Origin: Octopus sinensis
Lineage: Eukaryota
Direction of reading: 5' to 3'
DNA length: 64,000 nucleotides
Assembly: GCF_006345805.1 (NCBI RefSeq)
Contig: NC_043005.1
Location: 30,814,001 to 30,878,000 of the forward strand
Shown: positions 60,210 through 64,000 of the stretch, piece by piece
Numbering within the stretch: position 1 is the stretch's first letter
Layout of the letters: each line of letters starts with the position of its first letter
Notes under the pieces: model-generated
What the model was told of the DNA's origin: nothing
Database searches by the model: none
The model's input: only the letters and a program-made list of their open reading frames with translations
Made by a program: the position numbers and the translations under genes

Positions 60210-63070
60210 CACTTAAGTAATATTGAAGGTGTGACAATCAAGGGGCAATGTGTCAGTTGTGCATCAGGCTTTGCCACTCTGGCGGAGCGATGAACGTGGT
60301 GATTGTTGGGTAGGGGATCAGCTGCATCAGGCTTGGAGACCAGGGACATCATGTGGTCGTAAGGCTTGTCCTGAAGTAGGTGAGGTGATGAAGGTGGGGC
60401 AAGTTGGTGTGGCTCTGGGGGTAGGTGGTAGAGATGGGTTCCCAGTTGTGATGGTCTTTGTATCAGGAAGTGTGCATGTTGTGTAGGCCTGAAATATTGG
60501 TGGTGTAGCTGCATGAGGAGCTGTTAAACTGGGTTGAGAAAGTAGTTTTGTTGGCATCAGGAATGCAGGTGGTATAGGGGCCATGAGTAGTGGTGCATGA
60601 TGAACAACTAGTAGATACTTCGAATTTTCTGTTGTGCAGTATGACAGGGCCTGAACCATCCACTCTCACCACGTACTAATCAAACTGGTGTACCTCTACA
60701 ATGACACCAATTGTATCCCATTGTATAGGATTGGGTCCAAATTGATTCTGGAAGTAATCGAAAACTAGGCTTTGGAGTAGACAGGGTTCATTGGATGCAT
60801 GGGAGAGTGCTTGGCTGTGAGGGTGCCATTTAGTTGCAGGCTGAGCAGTGCTCCCACATCTCAATGATGGCTGGGGTCATGCCTGGCCAGAAGAAGGATG
60901 TTTCTGCTCTGGAACGCATTTGTGTCATGCCCTGATGTTCTGAGTGTAATGCCTGGAGGACCTGCATGCGAAGGGAGAGAGGTATAAGAACCCTGTCATG
61001 ATACAGGATAACTCCATCGAAGCTGGTGAGTTCATCAATAAACTGATAATACTGCCACTGCTCTGGGGGTACTTTGGAACAGTCCTCTGGGGAACTGTCC
61101 TTGATTGCATCTATGAGTTTGGTCATGCTTGGGTCACTGATAGTAGCAGTGCAGACTATGTCCCTAACCAGTGAAATGTAGTCACTGTGAAAGCACTTTG
61201 TAGTGTTGCCATCTCCAGTAGAGTGGATAGTTGCTAGGAAAGATTGTGGCAGAGATGAGTGGCTTAGTTGGAGGAGTTGTTGCTGTAATATCATCTGGGA
61301 GGTCTCGTAGTGTGGGCTGTCCGATAGGGTGGTGTGTGACAGCATCAGCTGCTGCATGGCAAGTGCTTGGTACACGAGTGATGCTGAAGTTATACCACAG
61401 GGTTTTTTCTTTCAGTTTATGCAATTAAGGGTTTGGGATGTCGTCCAGGCAGTGATCGCCAATTACTTTCAAGAGAGGTATGTGGTCAACTGCGACAATG
61501 AGTTTGGTGCAGCCATAGGTGAAGTAGCATACTTTTTCCAATGCATCGGTAACTGTCAGTGCTTCACTCTCCACTGATGTGTAATGAGATCCTGCCACTG
61601 AAGTGAAGTGGCTCCCAACCAGGATGATTTTCCTGCCAGATTTGCAGCAAAAGGTGTGGGGGTGAAAGGCAATTGCAGTGTTTTTGGAACAGCCAGAAGC
61701 CAATGCTGTCTTTGCTCCAGTCAGTGGCAAAGCAAGTCGGCTTGGTTTTGTTGAAAATCTCCTCACCTCTTTGGATCTTCTTGATGATGATTGATTTTGA
61801 TTCCTCAAAGAGCCTATTCAGCTGGTTTGCGCCTACAAGTCCATACAAACCGGGTGCCTGGCTTGAGTTCCCAGAATAGCAACACTTGTTTGGCAGAAAT
61901 GAAAGCATAGGAGACTTTGTTGATCAGACTGAATCAGCTGTGGATATCGGTGATGTTCTTAGGGGTGGAAAAGTCACGGATTGCCTTATGAACCAGGCAC
62001 GGGGTTTCACTGTGGTAGAGGTGATCTCAAACCCGGCAAATTCGAACTTAGTGGGATTCAGAATGATGCCATTGGATGGCCTGAAAGAAAACTTCCTCAA
62101 TGGTGTTCAACCACATCAAGGTGTCATTGATGCACTTCATTTTCTGGGGGATGCTTGAAACAATCTCATTGAACCGTCAGTTGTAACCGTCCCCTGAAGT
62201 GATGTAATCCCTGTGGTGCAATGCAATAGTAGAAGCGGCCCCAGGGCATGATGTAGGTTAGGCGGCAGTCCCTCTCATCCAGGGCAATGCTGTGGTAGCC
62301 ATTCCCAGCGTCGAAGAGTTTTTCGGGTGTGGGGTGGTACAGAGTAAGCTTGGTGAAATTGGGATTGGGTGTGATGTGTCTCACAGACCACGTGTCAGTT
62401 GAGGGGCTGAAGATTGACAGTTCACCAAGGTTTTCCAGATTTGTTGGGGCATACCACCATTCTGTGGCACCAGGTGACAGGTGTACTAATGGGGACAGGC
62501 TCGATAACTCCAAGTTGGATGTCATGGTTGATACCTGTTTTCACTTCCTCTTGCCAATGAACCAGGGCTGGTATGGGTGACTGGTTTAGCATCAGGGTCC
62601 ACCATTAAGTAGATCAGTGGGCCAGACATCTTAGGGAGTTGCTGATGTTCACAGACGTTGAATGTGCTGGAGCTGTAGTATTCTAGCTGCCACTTCTCCT
62701 GGGACCATGGTTCTCCTCAGTGGCCGGCAATGGTAGTGAGGTGGGAGGAGGTGGGGTGTTTGTCATAGGGAGCAGATGCACACATTCTGAATCCTTGTTG
62801 CAGGAGATGTTTCCAGTAGGGTGCCAACATTCTGCCTAGAAGCAGTCACTCCTCTTGACTACATGTAATCCCTGGGTGGACTGTTGGTAGACATTGAGAT
62901 GTGTATCTTCCAGTTTTGTTATCTTCTGCAGATAGAAGTGCAATGACTTCTTGTACTAGAGGCAACTAAGTATGGAAGCATGGCTTACAACGTTTCCAGA
63001 TGGAGGGACCAATCTCTGATTTGTTGTGATCACATGGATGACTTCATGTCTATCATCTCCATGTATTGCA
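60210..63070 (-). mobile_element. Degenerate Ty3/Gypsy pol, integrase core deleted
   Basis: FDAGNGYHSI, PWGR..APQG RT; FATDWSK, ESEAL, VDH.PL RNaseH; LHSEHQG..FWPGM..CSAC integrase zinc finger; C-terminal VRVDGSG..NRKF. Confidence 0.9.
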
Positions 63071-64000
63071 GCCACAGACATGTGTTTGGGTTCTTCTGGT
63101 AGAACTTCATACTTGACATTAGCAAGTTCATCACCACGTGATATGAATTTCTTAATGCCTATGTGTTGTACTACAACGATCTCCTCTGCTGTCATAGACA
63201 TGTTTTACCACTGAGGTGCCATCACATTCGGGTGTTACTACTGCTAAAATGCCCATTCCATAGAATGACACAGAACTGTCAAGAGTCCTAGTGTCATGAT
63301 CCATGTTATTGGCCACATATTAATCAAACTGTCCAGGGAGGAACTCCAGAATGTCCAATCCCTGGTTGACAGCTGCACTCCATTCATATTTTTGCACCTC
63401 TGAATATGAACTACAGAATCCATGGGCATTCAGTGTGTCACTCATAAATCTTGAGGCATAATGTGAATGCTTTTGCACACCTAGACCTAATTGCAATGGT
63501 ACAGTTAGAACTCTGGTGCTAGCAGCCTGCTTTATCACATGCCCCAATGAGCACACCTTCATCTGTTTTTCTTTTCCAACAATACGGTGTTCAGTAGTAA
63601 GCATTGTGATTCTGGAATATGCTTCTGAGATATCACTCATAGAAAGACTAGTTGGGTAAGTGTCCTTCAGTTGTACAACTGACTTAACATCATTTCAAAT
63701 AAGGTCGGTCACATTTTCTATCAGTCTCAACTTCTCCACTTCCGGATCACTATCCTTAGGCTGTTTATAGAAGTCATTCAGGATCACAGAAGCTGTACCT
63801 CAGGATGTTATAATATTTTGAATACCATTGATTTCAGTTATTATTATTCTCTCTCTAAAATGATCAAGAAGTTCATCTTTCATGTGAGTAAAACCATAAG
63901 GTTCTAGATTGGTGTCTTCCAGGAATTGCCTTATTTTGTTAGTGGATAGAATACTGCTATATTTATGAGTAGCTGGAAAGTTATTGGATATAATTGAAAA
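63070..64000 (-). mobile_element. Academ-like DNA transposase remnant (runs off the right edge)
   Basis: ITEING..NI, EKLRLI, PLQLGLGVQ.H.H.AS.F..DTL..HGFCSSY.EV, YVANNMDH.TRTLD...FYGMGI motifs; family name from memory. Confidence 0.55.

Overview
AT-rich, microsatellite- and transposon-dense animal genomic DNA. The repeat families look like Octopus/cephalopod elements, recognised from memory and not verified. Two host genes lie head-to-head about 10.8 kb apart. (1) GTF3C3 (TFIIIC-102/Tfc4 TPR subunit) on the minus strand: I reconstructed 24 GT-AG coding exons by hand from 42066 down to 1121. They are phase-consistent and total 2664 nt = 888 codons. The last coding exon lies beyond the left edge of the window. 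(2) The first coding exon of an ANKRD13C-like gene on the plus strand (52838-52943), which is missed by the ORF track; its next exon was not found in the window. Nearly all other ORF-track entries are spurious or are fragments of decayed mobile elements: RTE, R4-like and HERO-like LINEs, Penelope-like elements, two Ty3/Gypsy pol remnants, mariner, hAT, an Academ-like transposase, and tRNA-derived SINEs. The most interesting unexplained signals are three different minimal hammerhead-ribozyme-like motifs linked to Penelope-type or (TA)n-embedded small elements, a 29-nt GTF3C3 microexon that begins with a 5' splice-site consensus, an inverted LINE pair bracketing a frame-symmetric exon block, and a palindrome/X-box cluster upstream of GTF3C3. 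I see no unambiguous novel protein-coding system. All repeat boundaries are approximate and all family assignments come from motif recognition without database searches.
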